Origin: Squalus acanthias
Lineage: Eukaryota
Direction: 5' to 3'
Assembly: GCA_030390025.1 (NCBI GenBank)
Contig: CM059433.1
Coordinates: 434,001 to 498,000, forward strand
Length of the DNA stretch: 64,000 nucleotides
In this document: positions 61,502-64,000 of the stretch, in pieces
How the letters are laid out: each line of letters starts with the position of its first letter
Numbering within the stretch: position 1 is the stretch's first letter
Program-made: the position numbers and the translations under genes
Notes under the pieces: generated by a model
The model's input: only the letters and a program-made list of their open reading frames with translations
The model's database searches: none
What the model was told of the DNA's origin: nothing

Positions 61502-62104
61502 TATGACTGTAAAGCTAAGAAAATGAACATTTTGAACTTTTTAATATCCTCATCAAATGTTACCCTGTTCTACCTGAAGGTATTGACTCCTTGCTGGGTT
61601 ACACATTCACAGACATTCTCTAGTACCTTGCCTAAGTGCTATTATTCTTGTGTTTGCCCTGACAGTGAGTGTTGACATGCTATTCCCCACAGGGGACATT
61701 GCAGCAGAAAATAATTCTGTCCACATACAAGGACTTTCACAAGGGGTCACTGGATAACAATTAGGAACAGGAACAGGAACTCTGTAAATTACTGTTATTG
61801 GCAGTGATTCCACAACAGCATTATAGGCACATGAAAATGACTCTCTAACTACACACTGTATTGAGTGACTACTGAAGCATTCCAAGGCTCACAGCCCCGA
61901 TTAAGAGTGTAATTTTAATCTAACCCGCCCAACAGATGGGTTCAGCTAGCCATCCCCATTTTACACCATGCCCAATTTTACTTTCCACTGTAGTTGGTGA
62001 GTATTGTATATGGCTTTTCTTGCGTTATGATTGTTTTCAAATGTTTTGTCAACTCGAATAATCCAATAAATGATTTGAAAAGAAGCAGAATGTGAAAATA
62101 AGAC

Positions 62105-62470
62105 GTGTATAACAATTTGCATTTCCATTGCTCTCCCGGTATCGAAAACATCATCTTGGAGCACTGTACAGAAAGGGGCACTATGAAGGAAAAAGGGAGA
62201 GGGGGAACAACAGTGGTTAGGAAAAGGAAGGGAGGTGGAGGAACAGTCAGAGAAGAAGGGTTTAAGGTGGCTTTTGATGGTGGGGAAAGTGGTGGTGAGA
62301 CAAAAGGAGGGAGGTCCAGAGGACGAGGAAGATAGTGGCTGAAACATAGCCATGGTTGAGCAGTGGAAGCAAGGAATGAGAAGTAGAGGAGCAAAGGGTA
62401 CGAACAAGGGCAAAAAGCTGGAGAAGATTGCAGATATAAGGTGGGTTTGAATGCGAGGGCAAAGATCATA
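62105..62470 (-). mobile_element. Highly degraded L2 3' end
   Basis: Reverse complement resembles an L2 tail (PYICNLLQ.., gaaatgcaaattgtt). Confidence 0.5.
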
Positions 62471-62619
62471 TTACAGTAATCTGTTGAGGAAGCCTCTGCT
62501 CTCCTGAGCAGCTGATCTGTTTACCCCTCTTGCTGATCATGGTGCCCTTGCCTCCTTTTCTTCTACCTTGAAATACAGGAAGCACAGGTGACAGTCTCGG
62601 GCCAATGCTTGGTCAGGAT

Positions 62620-63135
62620 AAACAACATAATCATCAGTCTGGAAAACTGTGTTCAGTTTTGGGCACTGAACCTCAGAAGATATATTGACCTTCGCAGATT
62701 CACCAGAATGATACTGGGACTTAGAGGGTTAAATGGTGAGGACAGGTTGCATAACTGTGGTTTGTATTCCAAGCAATGTTCTTTGGGTTGTATTCCCTTA
62801 AGTTTAGACAGTTGAAGGGTGATCTAATTGATGATGGGATTTAATAGGATAGATACAGAGAAACTATTTCCTCTGATGGGGTGGATCCAGAAAAAGAGGG
62901 AATAATCTTAAAATTAATGAGTGAAATCAGGAAGCATTTCTTCATGCAAAGGGTAGTGGAAGTCTGGAACTCCCCGAAAGGCTATGGATGCTGGGTCAAC
63001 TGAAATTTCCAGGACTGAGATTGATATATTTTCGTTGGGTAAGAGTATCAAGGGATATTCAAGCAAAAGCAGTTAAATGGAGTTGAGGTACAGATCAGGC
63101 ATGCTCCAACTGAAGTCAGAACAGGCTCAAAGGAA
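62620..63135 (+). mobile_element. Degraded CR1 3' end
   Basis: LENCVQFW..RRFTRMI; tggagttgaggtacagatcag 3'UTR remnant. Confidence 0.7.
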
Positions 63136-63359
63136 CCGGAGTATGGTATTTAGTCCTATGACCAAGTAGATTATCTACAAGAGGTCATCTAACATATCTT
63201 CTAGACTCTTTTGGTGGACCTGGTCACAATTCTGGAGCATCATCAACTTATTTCTGCCCATGGACTATAAAAGGTCAACTTTTGTCCATATGCCTTGGAC
63301 TCATCAACCTCCTGAGCTGCCATCTTAGCCTTATCTGAGAGGTGTAGAGTTTTGAAATA

Positions 63360-63930
63360 CTGATTGATCCAAGGCTCAGCTTCCTTCCCCGCATATATTC
63401 CATTGCCAAGACTGCTTTCTTTCACTATTGTCCACCTCCAGCCGTGCCTCTTCTCTGCTGCTGCTGAAACTTTAATTCACTTCTGGATCACCACAAGATT
63501 TGATTTCTCAAATGCTCTCGTAACTGACCTCTATCTTCCACTCATTCAAAATTCCTTATCTGAACAAAACCCTATGCTCCCGTTGCTCCTGCCCATGCTG
63601 AGCTCCGTTGACTCCCCTTGCCCCAATTAATTGATTTTTAATATTCTTTCAAATCCATGGTCCTTCCCTACCTCAGCAATCTGTGAAGGGACATCATAGG
63701 AAGGACAAGCTATATGGCTGGGTGGCTGCCCTCATCTGCACTCTTCTTTGTAAATCTATAGCCTGACATGCACCCTTTGGACCTTGCTCTCTTGCTTCAC
63801 CAATGGCAGCTGGTCTTTCAGCTGTTGCACCCCCATATTCACAAACTTGCTTTCCAAATCACTGCCCCACCTTGCCATCCCCCTCACTTCTTTCAAAAGC
63901 CTACAAAAAAGCCACCTCTTCAGCTGTGCT
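63360..63930 (+). mobile_element. Degraded L2 fragment
   Basis: AAAETLIH..TRFDFSNAL..LIQNS. Confidence 0.6.
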
Positions 63931-64000
63931 TCCAACTCCTAGGGGGAAAAATTGGGTTGCTTTGCGCCTCCCGCAAAGCATCTAGCCCGGCGCCGCTAAC

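Noticed and set aside
61607..61885. 92-aa ORF as a possible host exon
   Set aside because: Overlaps an old SINE-like repeat also seen near 27.9, 34.8 and 49.8 kb; no recognisable domain.

Overview
Eukaryotic, repeat-dense genomic DNA, most likely an intron or intergenic region of a cartilaginous fish (shark). This assignment is inferred from the CR1/HER1-type LINEs, L2 LINEs, SacSINE1-like DeuSINEs and LF-SINE-like elements. No host protein-coding exon could be supported; essentially all meaningful ORFs derive from transposable elements. Contents: many nested CR1 and L2 LINE copies, including one near full-length CR1 with a zinc-finger/leucine-zipper/SGNH-esterase ORF1; an intact Tigger/pogo DNA transposon (DD32D transposase, 24-bp TIRs, TA TSD) and its 417-bp deletion derivative; a ~1.05-kb solo LTR with a CATG TSD; PIF/Harbinger-like MITEs; two Penelope-type pseudo-LTR insertions carrying minimal type-I hammerhead ribozyme motifs, one a palindrome with a hammerhead on each strand and a 15-bp flanking duplication; an unclassified ~1-kb element with an asymmetric inverted repeat, microsatellite and terminal hairpin; and several minisatellites. 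Family names come from motif recognition by eye, not database searches, and boundaries of degraded copies are approximate.
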